The translations under genes were made by a program, and so were the position numbers. The notes below the pieces were generated by a model, which was given only the letters and a program-made list of their open reading frames with translations, was not told where the DNA came from and ran no database searches. From an uncultured virus (IMG/VR IMGVR_UViG_3300003815_000001) (Duplodnaviria > Heunggongvirae > Uroviricota > Caudoviricetes), in IMG/VR virus record IMGVR_UViG_3300003815_000001: 64,000 nt of DNA, one strand, 5' to 3'. Positions 27,437-38,003 of the stretch are shown piece by piece; position 1 is the first letter of the stretch, and the number at the start of each line of letters is the position of its first letter.

Positions 27437-27930
27437 TATTGAATACTTTCCTGTTCACGAACCCACTTTTGTAGCAAGAGTAACTGCATGGTTGTATCAG
27501 CACAATCTACGGGCGTAACTCCTTCGGCACTAGATTGATCGCTTTCGGCTGTTCCATTAGATTGGCTGGCGGTGTTGGATACGCTGGACACTTTACAACT
27601 GGCGCTATTGTTGGGCTGCACCCACTTAATAGGATGATCATGGTAAAACTGATTAAGCTTATCAATCGCATTTGTGTACTCCTTGGCTACCTTATCCGTC
27701 ACAATTTGTTGTTGTTTAACTACTTCTGCATTATGCGCTTCTGCAACAGCTTGTGCAGCTTTATATCTTTCCTCTATTGCTACCAACGCAGCCTTCTCAT
27801 GTTCATAGCCTTTGTAATAGCCGAACAAAAATAAGAACGCAGCAATTCCAGCAATTGCAAACTGTTTCCAATATGTCTTAATAAATTCAATTACTATCGG
27901 CAATTGGAGTATCCTTTTTGAATTTAGCAC
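27436..27930 (-). CDS. Rz-like spanin candidate
   Basis: N-terminal TM, coiled coil, C-terminal C...QLLLLQKWV; follows endolysin and holin. Confidence 0.55.
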   Translation of the reverse strand: MLNSKRILQLPIVIEFIKTYWKQFAIAGIAAFLFLFGYYKGYEHEKAALVAIEERYKAAQAVAEAHNAEVVKQQQIVTDKVAKEYTNAIDKLNQFYHDHPIKWVQPNNSASCKVSSVSNTASQSNGTAESDQSSAEGVTPVDCADTTMQLLLLQKWVREQESIQ

Positions 27931-28126
27931 CTACACCAGCAGAACCCATCAATGCACCTAAGCCCGTTCCAAAGCCCATAAAATCAAAAGTATGGTTAAG
28001 TACAATGTGAGTAATACCCAAAGCGATAAACGCAAATGTTCCGACTGCAGCCATTATTTTAATAATGCAATAAGTTTCATTATCTGGCTCCGTTAAGATG
28101 TCATGTATAAATTTAGGCACCATCAT
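27887..28126 (-). CDS. Holin candidate (2 TM)
   Basis: Two hydrophobic segments, basic C-terminus, adjacent to endolysin. Confidence 0.55.
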   Translation of the reverse strand: MMVPKFIHDILTEPDNETYCIIKIMAAVGTFAFIALGITHIVLNHTFDFMGFGTGLGALMGSAGVGAKFKKDTPIADSN

Positions 28127-28536
28127 ATTGTTTTGCCTGCTTGGAAATCTGCTAATGTCAAGCCATTAGTATACTGTAAGTGCAGCTTTTCTTTGAATGT
28201 TTTCCAACGTCCAGCCCATTCAAGTCCTATATTTTCGCCAATCTCACCACACTTAGTAATAAGTTCATCGTTATCCCATACAGGCTTACCATTAACAACA
28301 GGCACAAAATCAAAAGCTACTTTCCAGTTATGGAATGACTGACCTGCCTTAGCGTTAGTAACCTTCTTGCCTGGTGCAGTACGGCCTTGTGCGTATAAAG
28401 CATTCTGAGATTCCGTATCACGATAGGTAGAAGTAATAATAATATCAATATTTTGTTTCTTGCAGCTGTTAATAAACTCACTGCAAAGTGCAGCGACTTT
28501 AGGATTTAAATCAGATAAACTTCTTGAATTAACCAT
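28123..28536 (-). CDS. Endolysin, peptidase M15 family (L-Ala-D-Glu peptidase-like)
   Basis: STYRD..SQNALYAQGRT; SFHNWKVAFD; WAGRW...HLQ. Confidence 0.9.
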   Translation of the reverse strand: MVNSRSLSDLNPKVAALCSEFINSCKKQNIDIIITSTYRDTESQNALYAQGRTAPGKKVTNAKAGQSFHNWKVAFDFVPVVNGKPVWDNDELITKCGEIGENIGLEWAGRWKTFKEKLHLQYTNGLTLADFQAGKTI

Positions 28537-28545
28537 TCAAACTCC

Positions 28546-29436
28546 TTAAACCGCAGGCGATAAAGTAAATGTGCCTGTTGTGTTTACTAAAGTATTACTT
28601 GTATTGTTTGTTGCTAAACCAGGAGATATGCCTGAGCTACCATAATTATAGTTAAGACCTGGATAGCCTGGACGACCACCAATACCATCGCCATCAAAAC
28701 GATTACCCCAACCACCTGATGCACCGCCACCAGAAGCTAATATACCGCCTGATATATTATTGGCAATTACTGCAGGATGTGAACCTGTTTCTTCAATTAA
28801 ATATCCACCATTAGAACCTGCTGGAGCACCTGCATTATTACCTGCCATACCTGACGCACCGCCACCACCACCTGTAAATAATCCTGTGGCACTATTATTA
28901 ATAGTTAAATAAACATTAGATGCTAGATACAAAGCTGACCCACCTGCTGTACCAGCCCCTGCATTAGGAGAAGTACCGCCTGAGAAATAGTTATATCCTG
29001 GATTAGAACCACCAGCGCCTGGGCCTATTGGATACCCTGTACCGTAAACGTTATTAGTCCATGTAATAGGTGTTACAGAAGTTGGATTACCTGGATAACC
29101 TGTAGACCCGCCATTAGTTGTGTTATATCCTGTAGCACCACCACTACCTACAACTGTGCCATTATTATTAATTGTTATTTGTGATGTTGCTGCAATGCCA
29201 TTAATTACAAATGCTGCTGAAGTGCCTGTACCTGTACCTGAAACTGTTACACCAGAATTTATGGTGATGTTAGCCTTAATAGGCGTTACCCCATTCCAAC
29301 CAGCAGCTGTAGCAGCTGTAGCTAAATTATAGCTAGTTGTATTAGACGAAATAGTAGAAACAAAATTAAAGAATGGTTTGTTAGTAAACCCAAATCCTTT
29401 AGCCGACAATGTTCCTGATGTAATATTTAATGGCAT
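28546..29436 (-). CDS. Glycine-rich tail or receptor-binding-like protein
   Basis: ITINNNGTVVGSGG and GGGGG repeats. Confidence 0.55.
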   Translation of the reverse strand: MPLNITSGTLSAKGFGFTNKPFFNFVSTISSNTTSYNLATAATAAGWNGVTPIKANITINSGVTVSGTGTGTSAAFVINGIAATSQITINNNGTVVGSGGATGYNTTNGGSTGYPGNPTSVTPITWTNNVYGTGYPIGPGAGGSNPGYNYFSGGTSPNAGAGTAGGSALYLASNVYLTINNSATGLFTGGGGGASGMAGNNAGAPAGSNGGYLIEETGSHPAVIANNISGGILASGGGASGGWGNRFDGDGIGGRPGYPGLNYNYGSSGISPGLATNNTSNTLVNTTGTFTLSPAV

Positions 29437-29445
29437 TATTCAACC

Positions 29446-30639
29446 CTATTTAAATTGTGATTGTGATGCTAATACCGTAAATGTCGCACTTGCTGTTTTA
29501 ATGATTGAATATGTATATGTATCAATACTATTAATATCACCTAAGGTAGGTGCTGCACCCCCTTGCCATTTAGGAGATACTGCATTACCGTCAATGGTTA
29601 ATGCATTGTTGTAATAAGCTGTTGAACCTTGTGTTACTAAAAACGTAATTGTACGTGTCTCGCCTACACCCATGACTGAATTAAGTGTTGTACCGCTGTT
29701 GCCACGAATATTTAAAGTCCAGTTACCTGATGCATTAGTTGTATAGTAAAGCACTGATTGAGTTAATACATCGTAGTTTACTGTGCCTGTTGCTGCTGTG
29801 GCTAATACGGTTGTTACTTCGCCTAATGTGGTAACTACGTTGTTTGTAATTGTACCGCCAGTAATAGCTACTGCATTCGCATTCTGAGTTGACATCGTAC
29901 CTAACGAACCTGTAGCAGTTGTCACCGCAGTTGTCACATAAGCTGTTGTTGCAATCTTAGTTGAGTTATCACTTGAAGATTGTGTAGTCCCCGTAACAGT
30001 TGAAGCTAATGTCCCTGCAATAGTGCCTGAGAATGTTGCATTTCCTGTTACACCCAATGTTCCGCTTAATGTTGTATTTCCTGTTACGCCTAAAGTTCCA
30101 CCAACGGTTGCATTACTACTAGCAGTTAAAGTGCTGCTTGCTGAAAGTGTTGTAAATGCACCTGTAGAAGGTGTAGTAGCACCAATAGTCGTGCCATTAA
30201 TAGTACCGCCAGTAATGGATACGTTAGATGATACATAGTTAGATGCACTATAGTAATTGGTACCATCACAATAAATAATATACGTAGAACCATTTGGAAT
30301 TGTAATGGTAGATCCAGAGCCAGTTGTCATTGTAACGCCAAAGCCACCAGACGTATTATTGAAAATAATATAGATCTTATTAACTGCTGGTGTAGTTACA
30401 GTACATGTGGCTGATGGTGTTCCAGTAAAAATAATCGCAGCATTACGTGCTTGATCTGAAATACCATTTAATGAAGTCAGTGTATAAGATGAGCCAGATA
30501 AGGAGATGGTTTGGACACCAGTAATTGCCTGTTCAACAATTGTGCCTAGATTGGCATTAGTTGTACTTCCCCATACGCCAGACTGTTCGCCTGTGCCGAT
30601 GAGTTGTATACGTAATGAGGTAGAATAGGTGGATGCCAT
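29446..30639 (-). CDS. Tail fibre-like structural protein
   Basis: Thr/Gly-rich; ITGGTINGTTIGATTPSTGAFTTL and STKIATTAYV fibre motifs. Confidence 0.65.
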   Translation of the reverse strand: MASTYSTSLRIQLIGTGEQSGVWGSTTNANLGTIVEQAITGVQTISLSGSSYTLTSLNGISDQARNAAIIFTGTPSATCTVTTPAVNKIYIIFNNTSGGFGVTMTTGSGSTITIPNGSTYIIYCDGTNYYSASNYVSSNVSITGGTINGTTIGATTPSTGAFTTLSASSTLTASSNATVGGTLGVTGNTTLSGTLGVTGNATFSGTIAGTLASTVTGTTQSSSDNSTKIATTAYVTTAVTTATGSLGTMSTQNANAVAITGGTITNNVVTTLGEVTTVLATAATGTVNYDVLTQSVLYYTTNASGNWTLNIRGNSGTTLNSVMGVGETRTITFLVTQGSTAYYNNALTIDGNAVSPKWQGGAAPTLGDINSIDTYTYSIIKTASATFTVLASQSQFK

Positions 30640-30648
30640 GTTAAATCC

Positions 30649-31617
30649 TTATTGGGAATCGTCCACAGGAATCCAGCCCTGTGGTTCGGTGTTGTCAATT
30701 ATACTCCAATTTGGAGCTTGTGTATTACTGATAGAGTTCCAAGTACCTGATTGATTATTACTTATTGCCGCCCAAGTCACTGTTTGATTATCATTGATAT
30801 TAGTCCATGTGCCGTTTTGCGTATCATCAACTTTAATCCATCCATGAGGGAAATGGACATCAAGCATTGTAAATGACTCAATGATTGCTGCTTTAAACTG
30901 CGCTGTAACTGAAGGTGCATCTGCTAAATTAACGTTCTCTGAGATAGACGCTAAGAATGCACCCGTAATTGTTGCTGAATCAGCCGCATTAAAGTTCTCT
31001 GTAATTGAGATAAAGTACACTGATATGATAGTTTCTACATCAGCTAATGTCATGTTCTCTGATACTGACCCAGCAAAGTTAGCTAGGATACTAATCGCAT
31101 CTGCACTTGTAATAGGCTCTGTCAGTGATACGTTGAAGCCAGCTTTGATTGTTGGTGTATCTGCTACTGTGATTGGTTCTGTAATGCTTGCTTGGAACTG
31201 AGCAGCAATCGCAATGACATCAGCCATCGTAAAGTTTTCAGTGATTGACTGTAGCGCAGCAAAATATGCAACTGGTGTGTCAGCCATAGTGATTGGCTCT
31301 GTTCTGCTTTGAACAAAGCCTGCTGTGATTGTCTCAGTATCGCCTGAAGTAAATGGCTCAGTAATGCTTTCTAGGAATGCGCTTAGTTGTGTGCTTGAGT
31401 CACCTACCCCAAAGTTCTCATTGATGCTGAAAATTAAAATAGTCCCTGCTTCAGAGTTATTATCAGTTACTCCAATGTTTTCTGTGATGGTTTGCCCAAA
31501 AGACCAAGTTTGCGAGTTAGTATCTGCTACTCCAATGTTTTCGGTAAGCGTAGCAAGATAAGCCGTTGAAGCAAGGCTGGCAAAAGGTACTTGAGCGAAA
31601 GCCGATATACCGAACAT
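30649..31617 (-). CDS. Repetitive virion protein (~19-aa SITE..T.AD repeats)
   Basis: [15 protein letters not shown] start, internal repeats, W-spaced C-terminal repeats. Confidence 0.6.
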   Translation of the reverse strand: MFGISAFAQVPFASLASTAYLATLTENIGVADTNSQTWSFGQTITENIGVTDNNSEAGTILIFSINENFGVGDSSTQLSAFLESITEPFTSGDTETITAGFVQSRTEPITMADTPVAYFAALQSITENFTMADVIAIAAQFQASITEPITVADTPTIKAGFNVSLTEPITSADAISILANFAGSVSENMTLADVETIISVYFISITENFNAADSATITGAFLASISENVNLADAPSVTAQFKAAIIESFTMLDVHFPHGWIKVDDTQNGTWTNINDNQTVTWAAISNNQSGTWNSISNTQAPNWSIIDNTEPQGWIPVDDSQ

Positions 31618-31766
31618 TAGTCAGCAGCCTCTGGCTCATTGCCTTCGTCAAGCCATGCTAGATATGCTTGGTAGTCTGTGTTAGCTTCATCCATAGGAAT
31701 AAAAGCATTATCTGATAATCTTTTAATGCAAATTGTATTTTTATATTCATTTATTAATTGATACAT
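31617..31766 (-). CDS. Small tail-fibre-associated protein (49 aa, not in ORF track)
   Basis: [49 protein letters not shown]. Confidence 0.7.
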   Translation of the reverse strand: MYQLINEYKNTICIKRLSDNAFIPMDEANTDYQAYLAWLDEGNEPEAAD

Positions 31767-31767
31767 T

Positions 31768-32856
31768 TTATAACTCCGCAGATGCTTGGATATTTGAAGA
31801 TGTATTTACAGCTACTTGTCCTAATAAATAAACATTGGCTGTTGCGCCAAAAGTAACTTGAAAACTATCTCCATCGCTAGAATTATATGAATTTAAAGCT
31901 AAAGATTCTGTTCTTACTCCAGAAAAATCAATAGTACAATTTGCTAAAAGAGATACTGTTGGAGCAGTTCTCATTGTAGTTTTGCAACTACCAGACATTC
32001 TTGCGTAATTTGAATTAAATACTCCACCGACTAAATATCCAAAACCTTTTTGATAATACCTCTGACACAAAGCTAACTCTGTACCATAAGGTCTATAGTC
32101 AAATGATGTAGCTGTAGAGCCTTTTTCTAGTTGAACGCCTGTGATGTAGAAGGTAGCACCATTAGTAGCAGCCATGTTTACTGTGCCTGAAGGCGCAAAT
32201 ACTGTTTGAGCAGCCCATGTGCCAGCAGTTCCACCAACATAAGTAGAGCCTGTGCCAAGATTAAAATACAGCATTAAACTTGCGCTAGTTCCAGTCAACC
32301 ACGTTCCAGCAGTTGGACCACTAAAAGTTACAGTTTTTTGTTCCCAAGTATTTGCAGCAGAAATAGTAAACGTAAATGGGCAAGAATAAGAAATAGCACT
32401 ATTGTTTATAGTTCCACCAAACGCTCCTGTTAAAGAACTGCGTACCCAAAAAGAAACAGTAAATGATGATGCACCTGCTGCCCCAATACCAAAGTCAGAT
32501 GTATTATTAGCTTCAATTGCTTGCTTTAATAACATAATATCACCAGAAGCTACTGTAGTAGCTGCAAGTGAAGTAACACCAATGTAGTTTGTAAATCCTG
32601 CTGGTGGAGTTACAGAGCCAGCATTTTGTTGAACTGAAATCTTGCTATTTTGTGTTGAAAATACGCCCCATCTATCTAATGTATAAATATAAGAAGCACC
32701 GCCATTGGCAGGAGTTACACTAGCACCAGCATTACGCTGGTCAATCACCATGCTGCCGTTAATCAGCCTGTTCTTAAAGCCAAAGCCTGTAGCTGCTGTA
32801 GTCTGAACACTAGCATCGTTAAACGTGATTTGTGAGCCTGATACTGAAATACTCAT
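31768..32856 (-). CDS. Tail fibre / carbohydrate-binding-domain protein
   Basis: [47 protein letters not shown]. Confidence 0.75.
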   Translation of the reverse strand: MSISVSGSQITFNDASVQTTAATGFGFKNRLINGSMVIDQRNAGASVTPANGGASYIYTLDRWGVFSTQNSKISVQQNAGSVTPPAGFTNYIGVTSLAATTVASGDIMLLKQAIEANNTSDFGIGAAGASSFTVSFWVRSSLTGAFGGTINNSAISYSCPFTFTISAANTWEQKTVTFSGPTAGTWLTGTSASLMLYFNLGTGSTYVGGTAGTWAAQTVFAPSGTVNMAATNGATFYITGVQLEKGSTATSFDYRPYGTELALCQRYYQKGFGYLVGGVFNSNYARMSGSCKTTMRTAPTVSLLANCTIDFSGVRTESLALNSYNSSDGDSFQVTFGATANVYLLGQVAVNTSSNIQASAEL

Positions 32857-33161
32857 GCTAAAGCCTCAATCTTTGCTGTTAGTGCTTGTAGTTGTGCAAG
32901 TAATTCTGCTTTTGTAGGTTCTGGTGGTGTAGGTGCTACATAATTTGTGTCTGCAACTACTTTACCATCTACCCAGCGATATGCTTCATGTGGATAGCCG
33001 TCATTAGGCCACTCTACATCGTAACCAGCAATTGTCCAATCAGCAGGTACATCACCACGTTCTTGAAGTTCAACCGCATGTTCTTGTGGTGTAATTTCAT
33101 CAGTTGCCATTGTAGTAATAGCTAGTGTTTGATTTGGTTGAATCCATATAATATTTGACAT
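32853..33161 (-). CDS. Tail fibre assembly chaperone-like protein
   Basis: Small acidic ORF after a fibre gene; PEPTKAELLAQL tail. Confidence 0.5.
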   Translation of the reverse strand: MSNIIWIQPNQTLAITTMATDEITPQEHAVELQERGDVPADWTIAGYDVEWPNDGYPHEAYRWVDGKVVADTNYVAPTPPEPTKAELLAQLQALTAKIEALA

Positions 33162-33166
33162 AAATT

Positions 33167-33904
33167 TTACCTAAATATTGAAACTGAAATATTTGGATTA
33201 TCTACAGCACTATTATTGGTATATAAATTATATATACGAACAGCAGTAGTTGTTTGCAATGAATTGTCTAAGTTTCTACCGACAATATCACACCCTACAC
33301 CAGCAGACCTTTGTCCAGAACTACCAATTACATTGTAATTTACATCAGGCATTGCATTGGTAAAATTAATTGTATAATCACCTGTACCATTTTTTGTCAC
33401 TGACGTTACATTGCCACTTGCTCTTGGTGTAATTGTGCCTGTTAAAGTACCATTAAAGTTTACCCAAGCACGACACCCGTATGCTGGTGCTGATGAACCA
33501 TAACCAGAGTTGAATTGAAACACCCCAGCAGATGTAATGCGAGCTTGCTCTGTTCCAGAATTTTGCCAAATATGTTGAGTAGCGTTATAGTAAGAATCAG
33601 CAAAAGCAGAACCAGCAAGATTTAATGATGTTAATAATGTATATGCGTTTGCAACATCAAATGTATATCTTGATGTTTTGCCAACATCTAATCTTGTTGC
33701 TGGAGTTAATCCAATACCAAAATCACCAGCGGATGTAATTCTTACACGTTCTGTAACTGTACCACTAGCAGTCGTATTTAACGCTAAATAGCCATTACCT
33801 GTGCTTACTTCTGCGCCTGTTACTGAAGCAGCTACTGGAGTTGTAGCATTACCGAATTGAACGGAATCAGAACTGTTAGTAGGTATTGTTTGTTTAATTG
33901 GCAT
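33167..33904 (-). CDS. Tail fibre protein
   Basis: TERVRITSAGDFGIG; AYGCRAWVNFNG...NVTSVTKNGTGDYTINF. Confidence 0.7.
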   Translation of the reverse strand: MPIKQTIPTNSSDSVQFGNATTPVAASVTGAEVSTGNGYLALNTTASGTVTERVRITSAGDFGIGLTPATRLDVGKTSRYTFDVANAYTLLTSLNLAGSAFADSYYNATQHIWQNSGTEQARITSAGVFQFNSGYGSSAPAYGCRAWVNFNGTLTGTITPRASGNVTSVTKNGTGDYTINFTNAMPDVNYNVIGSSGQRSAGVGCDIVGRNLDNSLQTTTAVRIYNLYTNNSAVDNPNISVSIFR

Positions 33905-34070
33905 TTAATTGCTCCTCTGTAGGACGAGCTAATGTAGGATGTTCCCAAGAAGCTATGTAATCACCTTTACCATCGCTATCGTTTTGCAAGCGAATAGTGC
34001 CTGTAGTTTGAAAAAAATCTTCATGGCTTAATGAAGGATAAATTGCAATTATTTTATCAAACAAATCCAT
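33894..34070 (-). CDS. XkdW-like small tail protein (58 aa, not in ORF track)
   Basis: MDLFDKIIAIYPSL...LQNDSDGKGDYIASWEHPTLARPTEEQL. Confidence 0.65.
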   Translation of the reverse strand: MDLFDKIIAIYPSLSHEDFFQTTGTIRLQNDSDGKGDYIASWEHPTLARPTEEQLNAN

Positions 34071-34588
34071 TATGCAGACCTTATTAAAGCACCAGAAAAT
34101 TGAGATGATGAACCACTATAAGCAGTTCCAGAGCCAACGTTTAAATATCCATATGCCTCTACATAATCGGTAGAACCATTTAAATAACAAACAACTGAAC
34201 ATCCAGAAAAGAAAGTTCCTCCACCTGCAACATTTATTCCTCCACCAGATGCTATTCTTGCTCCATTTTTTAATATTTGAACGCCTTGACCATTAATTGT
34301 ATTTGAATATTCTTGATTTAAATTAACTTGATAATATCCAGCTACAGTTGGAGTAAATCTATAATTGGTAGTATCAAAACAACTAGCAGTATCAAATGTT
34401 TTTGTGTTGTATTGTAATTTTGTTAATGATGATGTACTAATTGTTTGATTTGAACCTAATGTTGCATAAAATGCAGGACCAGTTCCAGCTACAGGAGTAG
34501 CTAATGTTGCTTGAGTTACTGTTGCGCTTGGCAATCCACCAGCAGATAAACCACCAATAGAACCTGTACCATTAATCGTTACGCTCAT
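34070..34588 (-). CDS. C1q/TNF-like domain tail protein
   Basis: GPAFYA...FDTTNYRFTPTVAGYYQV...YLNGSTDYVE..FSGALI. Confidence 0.7.
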   Translation of the reverse strand: MSVTINGTGSIGGLSAGGLPSATVTQATLATPVAGTGPAFYATLGSNQTISTSSLTKLQYNTKTFDTASCFDTTNYRFTPTVAGYYQVNLNQEYSNTINGQGVQILKNGARIASGGGINVAGGGTFFSGCSVVCYLNGSTDYVEAYGYLNVGSGTAYSGSSSQFSGALIRSA

Positions 34589-34615
34589 TATAAAATCACC
34601 CAGTTAGAACCACTT

Positions 34616-35215
34616 TTATTTAACATTTTTCCACCTGCTGTTTAAAGACATTTTTAATTTAGCTTCTTCAGAATGTTTTTTTCCGTAAAATGGATTATTT
34701 TCACCAGATGCTTTTTCTGACATTTTTTGTTTTGACTTTGTTGTATGTGGTTTTTTAGAATGGCTATTTGCTTCTTTTATTTTTTCTATATTATCAATAG
34801 TATGAGTTTTACCATAAAAAGGATTTTTATCACCTTTTAAAGAATTACTAATTTTCTGTTTAGTACTATCAGAAACAACTTTTCCTAAATTTGCTTTTCT
34901 TAACTTTTGTTTTGTTTGTTCAGAAACTTCACCTTTGTCTGTTCCACCAAGTTCAATGTTATACCCATTTGGAGCTATAGAATCAAAAGTTTTAATCCAA
35001 AATTTTTCTAAATAGTTTAATAAATTTCTAGAGTTAATGCTTGAACATATTTTATCGTAAGAAAAGTTTTCTTTACCATACTTGAAGTATGCTTCAGTTA
35101 TTGCCTTACCATGCCCAACTTTATTTCTATTAACTGTAGTTTGACCTACATATTCTTTAAAATTTAAATTGTTTGTAACACAATAAATATGAGCATTTAT
35201 CATAAAATTACCCAA
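34616..35215 (-). CDS. GIY-YIG homing endonuclease with NUMOD3 repeats
   Basis: HIYCVTN...YVGQT; NGYNIELGG; repeated NPFYGK.H; AT-rich. Confidence 0.85.
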   Translation of the reverse strand: MGNFMINAHIYCVTNNLNFKEYVGQTTVNRNKVGHGKAITEAYFKYGKENFSYDKICSSINSRNLLNYLEKFWIKTFDSIAPNGYNIELGGTDKGEVSEQTKQKLRKANLGKVVSDSTKQKISNSLKGDKNPFYGKTHTIDNIEKIKEANSHSKKPHTTKSKQKMSEKASGENNPFYGKKHSEEAKLKMSLNSRWKNVK

Positions 35216-36795
35216 TTGCTGCCTGAAGGTACAACTACGCTTACGCCACTATTCACAGTTATAGGCCCTGTTGACATAGCATTGTTACCTGTACCAATTG
35301 TATAGTTAGCAGAGATAGTTGCAGAGTTCTCTACAATACCGTTAGAAGCAATTACACCTGTGCCTGTTACAGTGCCAGCAGCTAAAATATTAGTTGAGCC
35401 AGCATCTGATGTTGTGCCTACAGAAAAGCCACCTGATACAGATAATCTAGCTTTTTCTGCACCGTTATTCCAAAAGCCCATTGGCAAATATGTGCCTGTG
35501 CCATTGATGCCTGATACTAACTGAACATCAGTAGAACCATTGGTAGCAATTAAAATTTTGCTTGCATTAGTTGGGTCTGCTGCGTTACTAGCTTGCCATG
35601 AAGCTGCTGTGCTTGTACCGTTAGGAACTGCATAGATGCCTGTTGCAGAGTTTGTAGTGCTAGTTTGAAATGCTGTTCTGCTATTAACTGTTGCATTACT
35701 AAAATCGCCTTGGAATCTAGCTGCAGTACCTGTTAAGTTTAATATCGTGCCATTATAAGTAAAATTTGCGCTTGAGTTTAAAGCACCTGTACCATTGCCG
35801 TAAGGAATGTAATTCGCAGTTAAGCTTGTTATTCCTGTACCGCCTGCTGCAACTGGTAATGTACCTGCAGTTAACGTTGAAGATGATGTTGAGTAAAGGG
35901 CATTATTAGCTGCAGCAAAAGTTGTTAAGCCTGTACCACCATAACCTGAAGCGATTGTAGTGCCGTTCCATACCGCATTAATTATTGATGCATTTCCAAA
36001 TGATGCAGATGTATTGTTAAAGTCGTATGAAGCAGGGATTAAACTATATGCAATCCACGTACCAGCACTTGTGCTATTATCTAAAAGTGTCCAGTAATCA
36101 ATCGCACCACCAATCACCAAATCCAAAGTAGTAGATGCGTTATCAACAACTGTAAGATTACCTGTTGAACCGTTATTAACGATAAAGATAAAGCCCTTTT
36201 GCAGTGTCGTTGCATCAGGAAGTTTAATGGTCTGAGTTGTTGTACCTGTAAAGCGTTGGTACTGAGTAGAAGCGCTTGTTAGCGTTGTTGTCCCAGCTGC
36301 CGTTATGGTACTTGTAAATCCAAGCAATATGTTATTTGCAGTAATGTTTGAATTGGAATCACGTAAGACTACAGAGTTAGCACCTGAAGAACTTGTTACA
36401 CCTGTACCACCGTATGCGACACCAACTGTCGTACCTTGCCATACACCTGATGCGATTGTACCTAATGCTGATACATTACCTGAACCGTCTAAATTAACAG
36501 ACTTCTCTGATGGGTATGTAACAAAGACTGTCACTGTACCTGAGAATGCAACCGCACTTCCTGAGTTACTTGAAGCTAAAATGGTTGTGCGAGTTAATGT
36601 AGGACCTGTTGTTGAATACGTGCCTATCCCAGCTTCCCATGAGCCTGTAGTATCAGTTGCACCATAAAATGTTGTATTGCCATTACCAATGCCTGCAAAA
36701 GTCTGGAAGCCTTGAACAGACCCACTTAGGGTAAAACTAATAGTTGTATTAGCTGTACCTGTCTGTTGTACTCTATCTAATAAAACTAGCGCCAT
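35200..36795 (-). CDS. Tail fibre / tail structural protein
   Basis: MALVLLDRVQQT start; GGTG repeats; C-terminal NAMSTGPITVNSGVSVVVPSGSNWVIL. Confidence 0.7.
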   Translation of the reverse strand: MALVLLDRVQQTGTANTTISFTLSGSVQGFQTFAGIGNGNTTFYGATDTTGSWEAGIGTYSTTGPTLTRTTILASSNSGSAVAFSGTVTVFVTYPSEKSVNLDGSGNVSALGTIASGVWQGTTVGVAYGGTGVTSSSGANSVVLRDSNSNITANNILLGFTSTITAAGTTTLTSASTQYQRFTGTTTQTIKLPDATTLQKGFIFIVNNGSTGNLTVVDNASTTLDLVIGGAIDYWTLLDNSTSAGTWIAYSLIPASYDFNNTSASFGNASIINAVWNGTTIASGYGGTGLTTFAAANNALYSTSSSTLTAGTLPVAAGGTGITSLTANYIPYGNGTGALNSSANFTYNGTILNLTGTAARFQGDFSNATVNSRTAFQTSTTNSATGIYAVPNGTSTAASWQASNAADPTNASKILIATNGSTDVQLVSGINGTGTYLPMGFWNNGAEKARLSVSGGFSVGTTSDAGSTNILAAGTVTGTGVIASNGIVENSATISANYTIGTGNNAMSTGPITVNSGVSVVVPSGSNWVIL

Positions 36796-37370
36796 TATTT
36801 ATCCACCAAAAGTTCTTTATGCCAAATATAACCTTTATGTGGTTTATTTGATCCGTTTGCGCAATCGTAAATATGAGTTGAAACAAACCCAGCATTTTTC
36901 ATAGCTGTTTTACCTACAAGTGTAATTGTATTTCCATCTTTATTGATTCCAATAAATTTATACTTTACTTTTACAAGTCTTTGTTTTTGAATTGTTTCTT
37001 CTGTATGTTTACGACCAACCCAATACTTATTATTTATATTGGCTTTTCCTTGTTTACGTTTTACCTCTTCGCTCCAAGGTATACCTTTATTCCAAGGAGT
37101 TAGTCCATATGAACCTTCTCCTCCAGCAGTTAAATTACAAAGTATTTCACCTGCCTCTTTATACTGTTTTATTAGCTCAATCTCATGAATAAAAGCTTCG
37201 GTTTCCGTATTCCATTCAGCTAATATCTTTACATTAGGCTTGCCGTGTTTTGCAACAATTCGTTTCCAATAGATATTTCTACCTTTTGAACTGTATGCAC
37301 GTATACCTTTTCCCTTACCTATATAAAATAGGTTACCTTCTGGAGTATAGTGAGCATACGTGTAAAACAC
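36795..37370 (-). CDS. GIY-YIG homing endonuclease, NUMOD3-type
   Basis: YTYAH...FYIGKG; LCNLTAGGEG; PWNKG; GRKHTEET. Confidence 0.85.
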   Translation of the reverse strand: MFYTYAHYTPEGNLFYIGKGKGIRAYSSKGRNIYWKRIVAKHGKPNVKILAEWNTETEAFIHEIELIKQYKEAGEILCNLTAGGEGSYGLTPWNKGIPWSEEVKRKQGKANINNKYWVGRKHTEETIQKQRLVKVKYKFIGINKDGNTITLVGKTAMKNAGFVSTHIYDCANGSNKPHKGYIWHKELLVDK

Positions 37371-37386
37371 AAAAACTCCTTAATAA

Positions 37387-37995
37387 TTAAGAAGTTGCAG
37401 TGGTTGAATACGTCACAGACACGGTATCACCTGATGTTGTAATTTTAGCTGTAGCAAATGCACCTGCACTGTATAAAGTACCGCTTGTATTTGATTGAGT
37501 GCTTGAAGCACCTGAACCTGTTACTAAGAAACAACCACCAACTGTACCACCTGCACCTGTGATTGTGTAAGTAATCGCTGTAGCTGATGATGTTGTTACG
37601 TTTGTAGGTGTTGTGCCTGTTGAGGTAGAAGCCGCAAATACTGCTGTGCCACGAACTGCTGAACCACCAACTGTATAGTTAACAAACTCTGTCCAACCTG
37701 AGTGTGATGTCATTGTATCAGCAGCTGCGAATGTCGGACTTGCACCTGAAATCAAACCTAAGAATGGGCCTGTAGTTGTGTAAGTACCTGATGTGCGTAG
37801 CAATGTGTCTAGTAATAGTTGTTTGCCTACAGCATTGACTAAGTTAGGGAATGAATCTTCCCATTTTAAGTTGCCATCTTTATCACGGCATTCAACGTGG
37901 TATACACCCTCAATACCAACTGATTCATTATCGGCTACGTTTGAAGCCATTGTGGCTACAGCACTATCACCGAAGCCTTGTAGTTCTTTAATCAT
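37387..37995 (-). CDS. Virion structural protein
   Basis: Thr/Gly-rich beta protein in the structural operon. Confidence 0.55.
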   Translation of the reverse strand: MIKELQGFGDSAVATMASNVADNESVGIEGVYHVECRDKDGNLKWEDSFPNLVNAVGKQLLLDTLLRTSGTYTTTGPFLGLISGASPTFAAADTMTSHSGWTEFVNYTVGGSAVRGTAVFAASTSTGTTPTNVTTSSATAITYTITGAGGTVGGCFLVTGSGASSTQSNTSGTLYSAGAFATAKITTSGDTVSVTYSTTATS

Positions 37996-38003
37996 AATAA
38001 CTC

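Noticed and set aside
34616..37370. Group I introns hosting the GIY-YIG genes
   Set aside because: Flanking genes are intact and the intergenic space is too short for a ribozyme core, so these are free-standing endonucleases.
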